This document shows, in pieces, positions 8,646 to 18,361 of a DNA stretch of 59,355 bases. The notes under the pieces were generated by a model. The model was not told where the DNA came from and made no database searches. It saw only the letters and a program-made list of their open reading frames with translations. The stretch covers positions 1 through 59,355 of the forward strand of contig JBMFRC010000020.1 of the NCBI GenBank assembly GCA_049968235.1. Reading direction: 5' to 3'. The position numbers were made by a program, and so were the translations under genes. How positions within the stretch are numbered: position 1 is the stretch's first letter; each line of letters begins with the position of its first letter. The stretch comes from Candidatus Hydrogenedens sp. (GTDB lineage: Bacteria > Hydrogenedentota > Hydrogenedentia > Hydrogenedentales > Hydrogenedentaceae).

Positions 8646-11600
8646 TTACAATTCTAATAGTTCTTTTATTTTTTGAGTTAATATCTGAATAGAAAAAGGT
8701 TTTTTAATCAAATGTTCTTCTTGTAAAAGTTGTTTATTTTGCAGATTAAGTTCATCTGTATAACCTGAGATAAATAGTGTTTTTAAGGATGGGATAAATT
8801 CTTCTATTTTTTTAGATAAATCAAAGCCATTCATTACAGGAAGAACGATATCAGAAATGAGTAATTTTATCTTATTTTTATTTTCTTTAGCGCGTTCCAG
8901 AGCCTCTATCGGGTCAGTTGTCAAAATAGGTTCGAAGCCCATTCGTGAAATAATCTTGTTTAATATTTCTAAGACAGTTTTTTCATCATCTATTATTAAT
9001 ACTGCTCCTCTTTTTTCTTCTGGTATTTCATAGAGTTGTATATCCCAATTTTCTGTGCTATTTTCTTCTTCACCTTTTTCATTTTTATATCTCGGAAGAT
9101 AAATCGTAAAAGTAGTCCCCTTTCCTGGTATGCTTTCTACGGTAATGAATCCGTTGTTTTGTCTGACAGTTCCATAGACCGTTGCCAGACCTAAACCTGT
9201 TCCCTCTCCTTGTTTTTTTGTAGTAAAATAGGGTTCAAATATTTTAGGCATAATTTCCGGGTCAATCCCCATCCCTGTATCAGAAACACGAAGGATAACA
9301 TACTCCCCATGAAGAAATCCCGGAATATTTGTATTAAATGTTGTTTCTGTTTTTCTATTTGCCACTTCGATAGTAATCTTACCTTCAGTAGGTATAGCAT
9401 CACGGGCATTTACACAAAGGTTAAGCAATATAATATCCAGATGAGAAGGGTCTAAATAGACATTCCATAAATCTTCGCAGGGTGTCCATTCAATATATAT
9501 CCTCTCAGGAATAACCCTTCTTAACAATTTAATATATGTCGAAATTTCGTTGTTTAAATTAAGAACCTTCGGTTTTATATCCTGTTTTTGCCCAAAAGCA
9601 AGTATCTTTTTAGTTAATTCAGAAGCACGTTCTACTGCTTTTCGGATTTCTTCAAGATTTTCTTTAATGGGCTCTCCTGTCTCCGATTTTAGTATTGACA
9701 ATTCTATATTACCTACAATTACACTTAACATATTATTAAAATCATGGGCAACACCTCCTACTAATTTTCCGATGGTATCTAATTTCTGACAGAGAACTAA
9801 TTGCTTCTGCATTTCTTCCTTATCTTTTTCTTCCTTTTTTCGTTCGGTAATATCAGATAAGATATGAATGAACCCGACCAATTGATTATTATCAAGAACA
9901 GGGTCAACAACTACTTCAAACCAGCGGTCATCTTTGCGAAATTCTAAAGTTTCTCTTTTCCTTGATTTTAACAGACGAATAACAGGACAGAAAGAAGGGG
10001 CTTCACGAGTTTCATGGACAATCTCCCAACATTTCTTGCCGAGAACTTCATCTGGAGTTAAATGGAATAATTTAATAATGGCATTATTGGTTCGTGTTAT
10101 TTCAAAATTCTTATTCAAAAACCATATAACACTATTAATATTGTCATAAGCGATTTGCCATTCTCTATTTAATCTTTTAATTTCTTCTTCAAATTTTTTC
10201 TTCTCCGTTATATCTGTAAATACACATGCAAAACGATTTTCTCCTGTCTTAAATGCATGAACAAGATAATGGCGATTTAAAGAATTCGTAAACATCTCAA
10301 ATGTTACAGGATTTCCTGTGATGACAACCTGTGCATAGGTCAATATCCAGAACTGCTCGATATTGGGTAAAACTTCTTTTACTGTTTTCCCGAGGATATT
10401 TTGTAATTTTAATCCTGTCATCTTTTGAAATGCATCATTAGCAACGAGAAAACGATAATCTACAGGAATGCCATGTTCATCAAATATGAATTCATGTTCG
10501 GCAAATGCTTCCTGCATGGATTCAAATAAATTTTTATAGTTCTGCTGTAATTTTCGTGTTTCTGTAACATCCTGTAATGTTCCATAAACCCCAATAATTT
10601 TTTCTTCCGTATCCCGCAATGGTGCGATAAATGCATTAAATATTTTTTCTTCTCCCGAAATAGAAAGGGTAAAATCTGAATTTTGATATATATTCCCCTT
10701 GAGGACTTCTTTGCATATGGAAATAAATTTTTCCGCAGAAGATTCATCAAAAAGTTCAGTATCATTAAATATACCAAATTCCTTATGGTTTTTATTAAAA
10801 AAATTTGCGTAGGATTTATTTACGCGAATATATTGTAAATTTTCACCTTTTATGAAAACACCGGAAGGTATTGCGTCCAGTATACTTGCCCATTTTAATT
10901 CTTCTGTAACCTTTTCTCTTATCTTTTGTTCTAATAATTCCTTCGTTTGGATTAGGTTTTTTTCTAATTTTGTTTTCTGATAAAGATTAATAACATGTTC
11001 TGTTGTAATGGGTTCTTTGATAATGGCAGAAACCCCTTTTTTAAGCCAATAAACCAATTCTTTTCTTGATTTTCCATGAAGTATTGCGATAACGACTGTA
11101 TTTGCATTTTTTTCGGCTATCTTTTTTATTAGTAGTGTGGGGTCTTCATATAATTTGTGAGAAATAACCACCAAATCATAATTTTTTTCAAGAAAAGATT
11201 TAATTGCTTGTTTAATAGTCGCAACATGCTCAATTTTATATTTGCTCATAGGAATAACCGCACAAGATTCATTTGTGCATTGAGTACAGGGGGCAACCCA
11301 TAGAATATTTGTAACTTCTTCTTTTCTTCTATCTTCAAAGACTTTACGAATTTTGGCAAATAAAATTTCCGGTTCGATAGGCATTTCGATAAAATCATCT
11401 GCACCTGCTTCATGAGCCGTTTTCAGTATTCCGTCTCCCAGAAACACAGAAGATACAATTAAAATCGGAACTTCTTTTGTATATGGCATTACATCAGAAC
11501 GAAGGCAACGGCATAATTCCCAGCCATTGATTTCAGGCATATAAATATCTGTTATCACTATATCGGGAGGAGTATCCGGGTTAATGTTCATTAAAGCCTG

Positions 11601-11732
11601 AACAGGTGAATTGAAAGCAGAAACAGAAAATCCTATTTTTTTTAACAGCCCTTCCATCAGTTTTAATTGTGTCAGGTCATCATCAATCAGTAGAACATTT
11701 TTGCCCTCAAATTCCCGATGATTACTATCCAT
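8646..11732 (-). CDS. hybrid sensor histidine kinase/response regulator (REC-PAS-PAS-HisKA-HATPase-REC)
   Basis: N-terminal receiver (LLIDDD...DIYMPEINGWEL). Multiple PAS segments. HisKA H-box AHDFNNML. HATPase G-boxes GLGLATV and GKGTTF. C-terminal receiver (LIIDDE...DIVLPVMNG). Confidence 0.8.
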   Translation of the reverse strand: MDSNHREFEGKNVLLIDDDLTQLKLMEGLLKKIGFSVSAFNSPVQALMNINPDTPPDIVITDIYMPEINGWELCRCLRSDVMPYTKEVPILIVSSVFLGDGILKTAHEAGADDFIEMPIEPEILFAKIRKVFEDRRKEEVTNILWVAPCTQCTNESCAVIPMSKYKIEHVATIKQAIKSFLEKNYDLVVISHKLYEDPTLLIKKIAEKNANTVVIAILHGKSRKELVYWLKKGVSAIIKEPITTEHVINLYQKTKLEKNLIQTKELLEQKIREKVTEELKWASILDAIPSGVFIKGENLQYIRVNKSYANFFNKNHKEFGIFNDTELFDESSAEKFISICKEVLKGNIYQNSDFTLSISGEEKIFNAFIAPLRDTEEKIIGVYGTLQDVTETRKLQQNYKNLFESMQEAFAEHEFIFDEHGIPVDYRFLVANDAFQKMTGLKLQNILGKTVKEVLPNIEQFWILTYAQVVITGNPVTFEMFTNSLNRHYLVHAFKTGENRFACVFTDITEKKKFEEEIKRLNREWQIAYDNINSVIWFLNKNFEITRTNNAIIKLFHLTPDEVLGKKCWEIVHETREAPSFCPVIRLLKSRKRETLEFRKDDRWFEVVVDPVLDNNQLVGFIHILSDITERKKEEKDKEEMQKQLVLCQKLDTIGKLVGGVAHDFNNMLSVIVGNIELSILKSETGEPIKENLEEIRKAVERASELTKKILAFGQKQDIKPKVLNLNNEISTYIKLLRRVIPERIYIEWTPCEDLWNVYLDPSHLDIILLNLCVNARDAIPTEGKITIEVANRKTETTFNTNIPGFLHGEYVILRVSDTGMGIDPEIMPKIFEPYFTTKKQGEGTGLGLATVYGTVRQNNGFITVESIPGKGTTFTIYLPRYKNEKGEEENSTENWDIQLYEIPEEKRGAVLIIDDEKTVLEILNKIISRMGFEPILTTDPIEALERAKENKNKIKLLISDIVLPVMNGFDLSKKIEEFIPSLKTLFISGYTDELNLQNKQLLQEEHLIKKPFSIQILTQKIKELLEL

Positions 11733-12663
11733 TTTTCATTACTCCATTAAAGCAAACTTGATTCCTGCCCTTTTCCTTTGCAAGGTACAATGCTTCATCC
11801 ACATATTTTATTACATTATCAATATTTGTTTTTTGGTTTACTATTATACCACCAATGCTTACTGTAATTTTAATTTTCCCTGTAGCTGTAACCATTTCTG
11901 TACTCTGCACGATTGTATTAAGTCGTTCTAATGTAATTTGGGCGTAAGATTCTGTTATATTAGGGATAATAATTAAAAATTCTTCTCCGCCCAACCTACC
12001 TATCTGGTCATACGGTCTTAACTGAGAGCGGATGATATGAACAAAACCTTTAAGCACATCATCCCCTGTCTGATGTCCATAAGTATCATTAATCTTCTTA
12101 AAATGGTCTAAATCACACATTGCCACACAAAATTGTTCTTCTGTCCTTTGTGAACGTTCCAATTCTTCATTCAATCGTTCTAAAATTCCTCGCCTATTCA
12201 GGCAACCTGTCAGGGGGTCATGAATGGCTTCATACTCAAGGGCTTTTTGGGTTTCCATTAAGTCTTTTTGTAAAGTAGCAGTGCGTAATCCTACACGAAT
12301 TCGTGCCCAGAGTTCATCTGCGTCAAAAGGTTTGCGAATATAATCATCCGCACCTGCTTCTAAGCCCTCGATAACTTCTTCTTTTTCTGTTTTTGTAGTT
12401 AACATAATGATATATGTAATGACTTCCTCTTTGTTTGCGCGTACAGTACGAACAACATCAATACCATCCATTTCGGGCATAACCCAATCCAGAATAGCCA
12501 GTAATGGTGGTGATTTATCCTGTAAAATTTCAAGGGCACTTTTGCCATCACTGACCTCAATGGGTTCATACCCCCATTTTCTTATTGCAGAAACCAGCAT
12601 AAGACGAGATACAAAATCGTCTTCTGCGACTAAAATTTTAATTTTCTCCTTTTTTTCATCCAT
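11725..12663 (-). CDS. response regulator with GGDEF diguanylate cyclase domain
   Basis: Receiver (ILVAEDD...DWVMPEMDG) plus GGDEF domain with RLGGEEF active-site motif. Overlaps neighbours on both sides by 8 nt (operon). Confidence 0.85.
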   Translation of the reverse strand: MDEKKEKIKILVAEDDFVSRLMLVSAIRKWGYEPIEVSDGKSALEILQDKSPPLLAILDWVMPEMDGIDVVRTVRANKEEVITYIIMLTTKTEKEEVIEGLEAGADDYIRKPFDADELWARIRVGLRTATLQKDLMETQKALEYEAIHDPLTGCLNRRGILERLNEELERSQRTEEQFCVAMCDLDHFKKINDTYGHQTGDDVLKGFVHIIRSQLRPYDQIGRLGGEEFLIIIPNITESYAQITLERLNTIVQSTEMVTATGKIKITVSIGGIIVNQKTNIDNVIKYVDEALYLAKEKGRNQVCFNGVMKNG

Positions 12664-15600
12664 AGAATATTTCCCGTATTTTTTCTGTTAATTCTTTAAA
12701 TTTATCTTCCATTTGTTGAATTAATTCGGGTACTTCTGTAATATTTCCTTCTTTACATAATTTTTCAATACGGAAGGCAACCTCGCGTAGTTGTTCACCA
12801 CCGATATTGGCGGAAGCCCCTTTAATCGAATGTGCTTGTCTCTCTGCATCTCTAATCCGTTTTTCCGAAAGATAATTTTTTAATAATTCTATTTGTTTAG
12901 GAATATCCTCTAAAAAACTATCTAAAATTGTTTTTGCCAATTCATTATCATCCATGATTCGTTTCATAAATGATTTATAATCAAAAACTATAGATGTATC
13001 TACCGTAGATGGAGGAGTATATCCTGTGTCTACCGTTGGCTTCTTAGCGATGGTAAGTGTTTCTTTTTCCGTTTGTATTTTACTGGGTAACCATTTTTCA
13101 AGGAGTTCTACCAATTTTTCCAGAACAATAGGTTTAGCTATATAGTCATTCATCCCTGCTTCAAGACATTTACCCTTATCTTCCTCAAGGGCATGAGCAG
13201 TCATGGCAATTATTGTAATATCATGATTTTTAACATTTGAGAAACGACTCCGTATCTTTTTCGTTGCCTGAATTCCATCCATCTCGGGCATCTGAACATC
13301 CATAAACATAAGGTCATATTCATTTTTTTCAAGTAATTCGAGTGCTTCTCTGCCGTTGTTGGCAATGTCGGGGGTTATACCTAACTTATTCAGCATTCCA
13401 ACCGCTACCTGCTGGTTCACCAGATTATCTTCTGCAAGTAATACCTTTGCTTTGAACGTTTTCCGTTGCTTCTGAATATCGCGAATGGAATGCCGGGTAA
13501 TAATGGAAGGTGTAAAAAATGGTCGTCTCCCATCCACAGTTTGTGATTTTGACAGGCTTAAAAGCGTTGTTAAAATGTCAAATAATTCCGTATGACGGAT
13601 AGGTTTGGTTAAATACGCCGAAAAACCAATATCTTTATATTTTTTTACATCACCTCGCATGCCAATAGAAGTTAACATTACTAAGATAGTATCGGATAGA
13701 TTTTCATCTGAAGAGATAATTTTTCCGAGGGTTTCTCCATCCATCTCAGGCATTTGCATATCGATAATACAAAGTTTTATGGGGTCATTTTCTTTCCTGG
13801 CTCTTTTAAGTATATTCAATGCAGTGAAAGCGTCCGGTGCTTCTTCGGGACGGGCTCCCCAGGACTTCAATCGCATTCGTAAAATTTCGCGATTACTATT
13901 GTTATCGTCAACAATTAAAATGCGGATATTTTGCAAATTTTCCGGAAATACAAAAAACTGGGGTCTGGCATCTTTTTGCTTTTTAACCCTTATTGTGAAC
14001 CAGAATGTTGAACCTTTCCCGTATTCACTTTTCACACCGATACTACCATGCATCATTTCTGCAAGGTTCTTGGATATCGCCAGACCCAATCCCGTTCCCC
14101 CATATTTTCGTGTCATTGATGCATCTACCTGAGTAAATTTATTAAAAAGAAGTTTAATTTTATCCTCCGGAATTCCAATACCTGTGTCTTTTACTATAAA
14201 TTTTAACATGACATCTTCATTGGTTTCTTCGATACAACTTACATGGATATTTACTTCGCCTTCATGTGTAAATTTTATAGCATTACCAACAAGATTGGTC
14301 AATATCTGTCGAATACGACCCGGGTCGCCTCTAAGTAAGTTGGGGACATTGTCTTCTGTAGCAATAACGAGTTCTAGCCTTTTTTCATTTGCTTTAACAG
14401 CCATTACATTGGAAAAATCCTCAAGCATACTAATCAGGTCGAAGTCAATCTCCTCTAAGTCTAACTTTCGTGCTTCAATCTTGGAGAAATCTAAAATGTC
14501 GTTAATTAAAGAAAGTAATGATTCGCCACTAGACTGAATCACTTCTGCATAATGTCTCTGCTGAGGTTCTAATTCCGTATCCAATAAAAGACTGGTCATA
14601 CCTATAATAGCGTTCATGGGCGTTCGTATTTCATGGCTCATATTCGCTAAAAATTCACTTTTTGCCATATTTGCCAGTTCTGCTTTTACTGCCAATTCCT
14701 GTGCCTTTTGTATTGCAGTAAGTAATTGATGGTTTGTTTCTCGTAACTCATTCTCAATTTCCTTTTCTTTACTTATATCGATAAAACAATCCAATATCAT
14801 GTTTTTCCCACCAATGTTAATTACCTTCACAGATTTCAAAACAGGTTTGCTCTCTCCGTTAGCCGTTAATAAAATTTTTTCTTGATTTACTATTTCTTCA
14901 TCAGGATTGTGTATGGGACACTGTCCAATTTCAGTGGGACATAAAAATTTATGACAGACCTTACCAATAATTTTATCTTTCTCCGCTCCGAACATTTTCG
15001 TACCCGCATCATTAATATATTCAATGATGTGTGTATCATTATCTATTAAAGCAATTCCTGCCTGTACGCTTTCCATTAATGTTCGCTGAAATAATTCACT
15101 TTCCAATAATTTTTGTTTTTGTTGATACTCCTCTGTTACATCACGGAATACAAAAACCGCTCCCAACATCTGATTTTCTGTATCATAAATTGGCGTGCAA
15201 CTATCAGCAATATTGTATTCTTTACTATCTTTTGATATAAGCACGGTGTTGTTCCCAATATCCACCCGTTCACCACTCCGCAGGGTCAGGTGTATTGGAT
15301 TTTCTATCGGTTCCCCTGTCGTGTAATTCTTTAATTGGATGATTTCGTCTATATGCTTTCCAATACCTTCTTTATCTGTCCATCCTGTAAGAACCTGAGC
15401 AGAACGGTTTATATCTATAATAACTCCTGACCTATCCACACTAATAACAGCATCTCCTATTGAGTAAAGTGTAGATTTGATTAATTCCCGACTACGATGA
15501 AGTTCACTTGTACGTTGTTGAATAAGATTTCGTAAGGTTCGATTATAATTTGAAAGGATAGATACCGATAAAGTTAATGCAAGAGTAACTACAAGACCTA

Positions 15601-17215
15601 CAATAAATGTGGTTTTTTTATCATCAATGATATTTACAAATAATAAATCCCCCGGACGAGTAACAATGCCATATAAAGTTTGTAAAATGAATATGGGATA
15701 AAACAGACTATTAGAATCATAAATGTTTAAATTTTTTAATATGCCGTCATAACCTATCTGTGAATCGTCGAAATAAATTTCGTTAATTTCATCCTTATTC
15801 AAAATGTGGAAAAAGTTTATATATAAAGATTTTGTAGAGAAAGTAAATTCTTTCTCATGTAATAAATAATTTAGAAACTTCTTTAAGTTTAATGTAATAC
15901 CAATAAACCCCTGAATTTGATTGTTTTTGAAGACAGGTTGAAATGCTAATATGTCAAATTGAGATTTATTAGGGAATAGAGGTATTCCACTTAGCGATAC
16001 TGAGGAGGGGCTTAATGTTTTTATCGCTTGTTGGACTATAAGTTTAAATTTTTCATTGGAGTTAATATCATAACCTTTTATTTGTATATCTTGATTCCAT
16101 GTAGAATACAGAACAGGTAAATAAAAATCCCTTTCCTGGGCGGGTTTTATATTCTCATGGCTGTCGAACTCCCATATCTGAAACTCGGGTGAATATGTCT
16201 CTCTAATTTTATTTAAAAAATGTTCTTTATCTTCATTACGAACCCATGGTATCCAGAGGTAAGATGCATAAAAAGAAATTTCTCTATCAAATGACTGGGT
16301 AAAATTATCAAATTCTTGGGGAGTTACTTCTGTACTATTTTCAAAAAAAGAAACAAAGGAGGGAATAATTGTATCACGGATATCTTCCAATTTTTCTCTC
16401 AAGATATTTACTTTTGCTGAAGAAACTTCGTTTAAAGTAACCCAATGTTGTCGCTGGTCTCTTTCTCCAACAAACCATGTCGCTCCAAGTGTAAAAATAA
16501 AAGCCAATAAAAAAGTTAAAATTGTTTCTGCATGTCGTAAACCATCGTATTTCCCTTTTTGTGTGTTTCTTCTACTAAAACCAATTCCTGAAACTAAAAT
16601 AACAATAACTGCTGATATAGTAAATATGATTGTTGGATACGCCTTACCCCAGATAATTTTTTTCCAATCACTTGCGTCAATATCCATCCCTAACACGGCT
16701 ATAGGTTTATCTCTCAATGGACTTTTAATAGGAACTAATCCGCTAATCCATACTCCCCATTCATCGGGAAGAGGTCCTTCCGTAAAAGGAACTCCTGTAT
16801 CAAAACAGCCAATCAACGCTTCTGAAGCATCCTCATATAGTTCTCCGGGTCGTGCTGGGGGGGTTTCTTCTGTGTCCTCTTGTGTATCCATATAAAAGAA
16901 TATCTTTTTATCTTCTGTCCTTCCCATTAAATAAAGATATTTGCAACGCGGAATTATTGCACGAACAGAACGAAGTCTTGTTTGCAAAGACTGATAAATA
17001 GGGTTTTCTAAATCTTCACCTGAAGCATGGAATTTTTCGATGTTATTAGGGTCAATACCTTCTGCTATATTGATAACCTGAGTTAAAAGTAATTGCCGAA
17101 GCCATTTATCATAAAATTTGTATGTGTGATAACTCCATATACTACCGCATAAAAGTATCAGGAATATAGAAAGCAGAATGTGCCATCGTAATAACCATTT
17201 TAAGTAATTACTCAT
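12656..17215 (-). CDS. large hybrid sensor histidine kinase (periplasmic sensor, PAS x3, HisKA-HATPase, two REC, C-terminal Hpt)
   Basis: TM helices flank a ~500-aa N-terminal extracytoplasmic region. H-box SHEIRTPMN. HATPase GTGLGLAI/GKGSTF. Two receivers (DMQMPEMDG and DVQMPEMDG). Hpt motif HSIKGASANIGG. Confidence 0.8.
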   Translation of the reverse strand: MSNYLKWLLRWHILLSIFLILLCGSIWSYHTYKFYDKWLRQLLLTQVINIAEGIDPNNIEKFHASGEDLENPIYQSLQTRLRSVRAIIPRCKYLYLMGRTEDKKIFFYMDTQEDTEETPPARPGELYEDASEALIGCFDTGVPFTEGPLPDEWGVWISGLVPIKSPLRDKPIAVLGMDIDASDWKKIIWGKAYPTIIFTISAVIVILVSGIGFSRRNTQKGKYDGLRHAETILTFLLAFIFTLGATWFVGERDQRQHWVTLNEVSSAKVNILREKLEDIRDTIIPSFVSFFENSTEVTPQEFDNFTQSFDREISFYASYLWIPWVRNEDKEHFLNKIRETYSPEFQIWEFDSHENIKPAQERDFYLPVLYSTWNQDIQIKGYDINSNEKFKLIVQQAIKTLSPSSVSLSGIPLFPNKSQFDILAFQPVFKNNQIQGFIGITLNLKKFLNYLLHEKEFTFSTKSLYINFFHILNKDEINEIYFDDSQIGYDGILKNLNIYDSNSLFYPIFILQTLYGIVTRPGDLLFVNIIDDKKTTFIVGLVVTLALTLSVSILSNYNRTLRNLIQQRTSELHRSRELIKSTLYSIGDAVISVDRSGVIIDINRSAQVLTGWTDKEGIGKHIDEIIQLKNYTTGEPIENPIHLTLRSGERVDIGNNTVLISKDSKEYNIADSCTPIYDTENQMLGAVFVFRDVTEEYQQKQKLLESELFQRTLMESVQAGIALIDNDTHIIEYINDAGTKMFGAEKDKIIGKVCHKFLCPTEIGQCPIHNPDEEIVNQEKILLTANGESKPVLKSVKVINIGGKNMILDCFIDISKEKEIENELRETNHQLLTAIQKAQELAVKAELANMAKSEFLANMSHEIRTPMNAIIGMTSLLLDTELEPQQRHYAEVIQSSGESLLSLINDILDFSKIEARKLDLEEIDFDLISMLEDFSNVMAVKANEKRLELVIATEDNVPNLLRGDPGRIRQILTNLVGNAIKFTHEGEVNIHVSCIEETNEDVMLKFIVKDTGIGIPEDKIKLLFNKFTQVDASMTRKYGGTGLGLAISKNLAEMMHGSIGVKSEYGKGSTFWFTIRVKKQKDARPQFFVFPENLQNIRILIVDDNNSNREILRMRLKSWGARPEEAPDAFTALNILKRARKENDPIKLCIIDMQMPEMDGETLGKIISSDENLSDTILVMLTSIGMRGDVKKYKDIGFSAYLTKPIRHTELFDILTTLLSLSKSQTVDGRRPFFTPSIITRHSIRDIQKQRKTFKAKVLLAEDNLVNQQVAVGMLNKLGITPDIANNGREALELLEKNEYDLMFMDVQMPEMDGIQATKKIRSRFSNVKNHDITIIAMTAHALEEDKGKCLEAGMNDYIAKPIVLEKLVELLEKWLPSKIQTEKETLTIAKKPTVDTGYTPPSTVDTSIVFDYKSFMKRIMDDNELAKTILDSFLEDIPKQIELLKNYLSEKRIRDAERQAHSIKGASANIGGEQLREVAFRIEKLCKEGNITEVPELIQQMEDKFKELTEKIREIFYG

Positions 17216-17218
17216 TTT

Positions 17219-18349
17219 TTATTCTCCAAAACGAATTACACCCTTCATTCCAAATAAAAACCGCAATATTTTATATTTTCTTATTAAAAAGTGGTAAATA
17301 ACAAGCGTAACAGAAAATGATAATACGGATAATACAAAAAATACTAATCCTACATTTAAATTCCATGAAATTATATAATATGCAAGGAGAACTATAATTG
17401 TTTGATGTAAAATGTAAAAAGGATAGGACATTTCACTTGCATAAGGGAGTATTCGCATCGGGGAATTAAGGTATTTCTCTCCATATCCTAATATAAATAA
17501 CAGCCAGAACCATACATTGAACCGGCGTAGAATATAAAAAAGGACATCTGAAGATGAGTATTTCTCAAAAGTCAAAGAAAATTTAATCAAAGAGAGGTAA
17601 ATTATCATTGTAGTCATACCTGCAAGAAATAACAAAAATCGGTTCTTTCGTATAAACTGTTCTATTTTGGGATTAGATACAATAAAAAAACCTATAAAGA
17701 AATAGGTATAATAATAAAAGGGATTTTTTGAGACAGGTGAGGGCAATTGCTCCACCAATCCAATTATTACGGGATAAAGAAATAAAAAAATATAATTTGC
17801 AATATAGTTCTCTATTTTTTGTGAATGTTTTTTGAGATTTAAGAATAATGGGACTGAAATAATACTATAAAAATAAAGATAAAGAATAAACCATAGATGT
17901 GCAGGAGTAAAAAAACCGGTATATCCCGTAAAGTCACCCTGTATATGGAAGAAATACTGTCTAATAAAGTTCAATAGGCTACCATCAGGGTGGGTTTTCA
18001 AATAAGCAAAATAAGGTTGAGGGGGAACAATAAATAGCATGGAAAATACAAAAGGAACAAGTAAACGTTTTGTCCTTTCTGCGATGTATTGATTCCATGT
18101 CCTTTTTTGTAGTGCGTAGAAGGTGGATATACCGGCTATTATAAATAGAAGTGGCATGTGCCACGGGGAAAGGAAAAATACGAAATAGTCCAGCAGGAAG
18201 TGGGAAGAGGAACTTTTTACATAAAAAGATTCGTATGAGAAGAATACCATTGCACAGTGAAATGGAATAAGAAGCAAAACGGCGAAAATTCGTAGATATT
18301 CAATATCATATCGTCGTTTTTCAAATACCGGTGATTTAAAGTTTGACAT
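17219..18349 (-). CDS. acyltransferase family 3 (OpgC/OafA-like) membrane protein
   Basis: Polytopic membrane protein. The N-terminal IEYLRIFAVLLLIPFHC resembles the acyltransferase_3 motif. Confidence 0.65.
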   Translation of the reverse strand: MSNFKSPVFEKRRYDIEYLRIFAVLLLIPFHCAMVFFSYESFYVKSSSSHFLLDYFVFFLSPWHMPLLFIIAGISTFYALQKRTWNQYIAERTKRLLVPFVFSMLFIVPPQPYFAYLKTHPDGSLLNFIRQYFFHIQGDFTGYTGFFTPAHLWFILYLYFYSIISVPLFLNLKKHSQKIENYIANYIFLFLYPVIIGLVEQLPSPVSKNPFYYYTYFFIGFFIVSNPKIEQFIRKNRFLLFLAGMTTMIIYLSLIKFSLTFEKYSSSDVLFYILRRFNVWFWLLFILGYGEKYLNSPMRILPYASEMSYPFYILHQTIIVLLAYYIISWNLNVGLVFFVLSVLSFSVTLVIYHFLIRKYKILRFLFGMKGVIRFGE

Positions 18350-18361
18350 AAATGGGATATA

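Noticed and set aside
13605-14537. Antisense ORFs inside the large sensor kinase genes (13605..14132, 14184..14537, 15031..15240, 16563..16895, 18975..19325, 21161..21667 and similar).
   Set aside because: They are shadow ORFs on the opposite strand of strongly supported long CDSs. They are low-complexity, have no motifs and no RBS.
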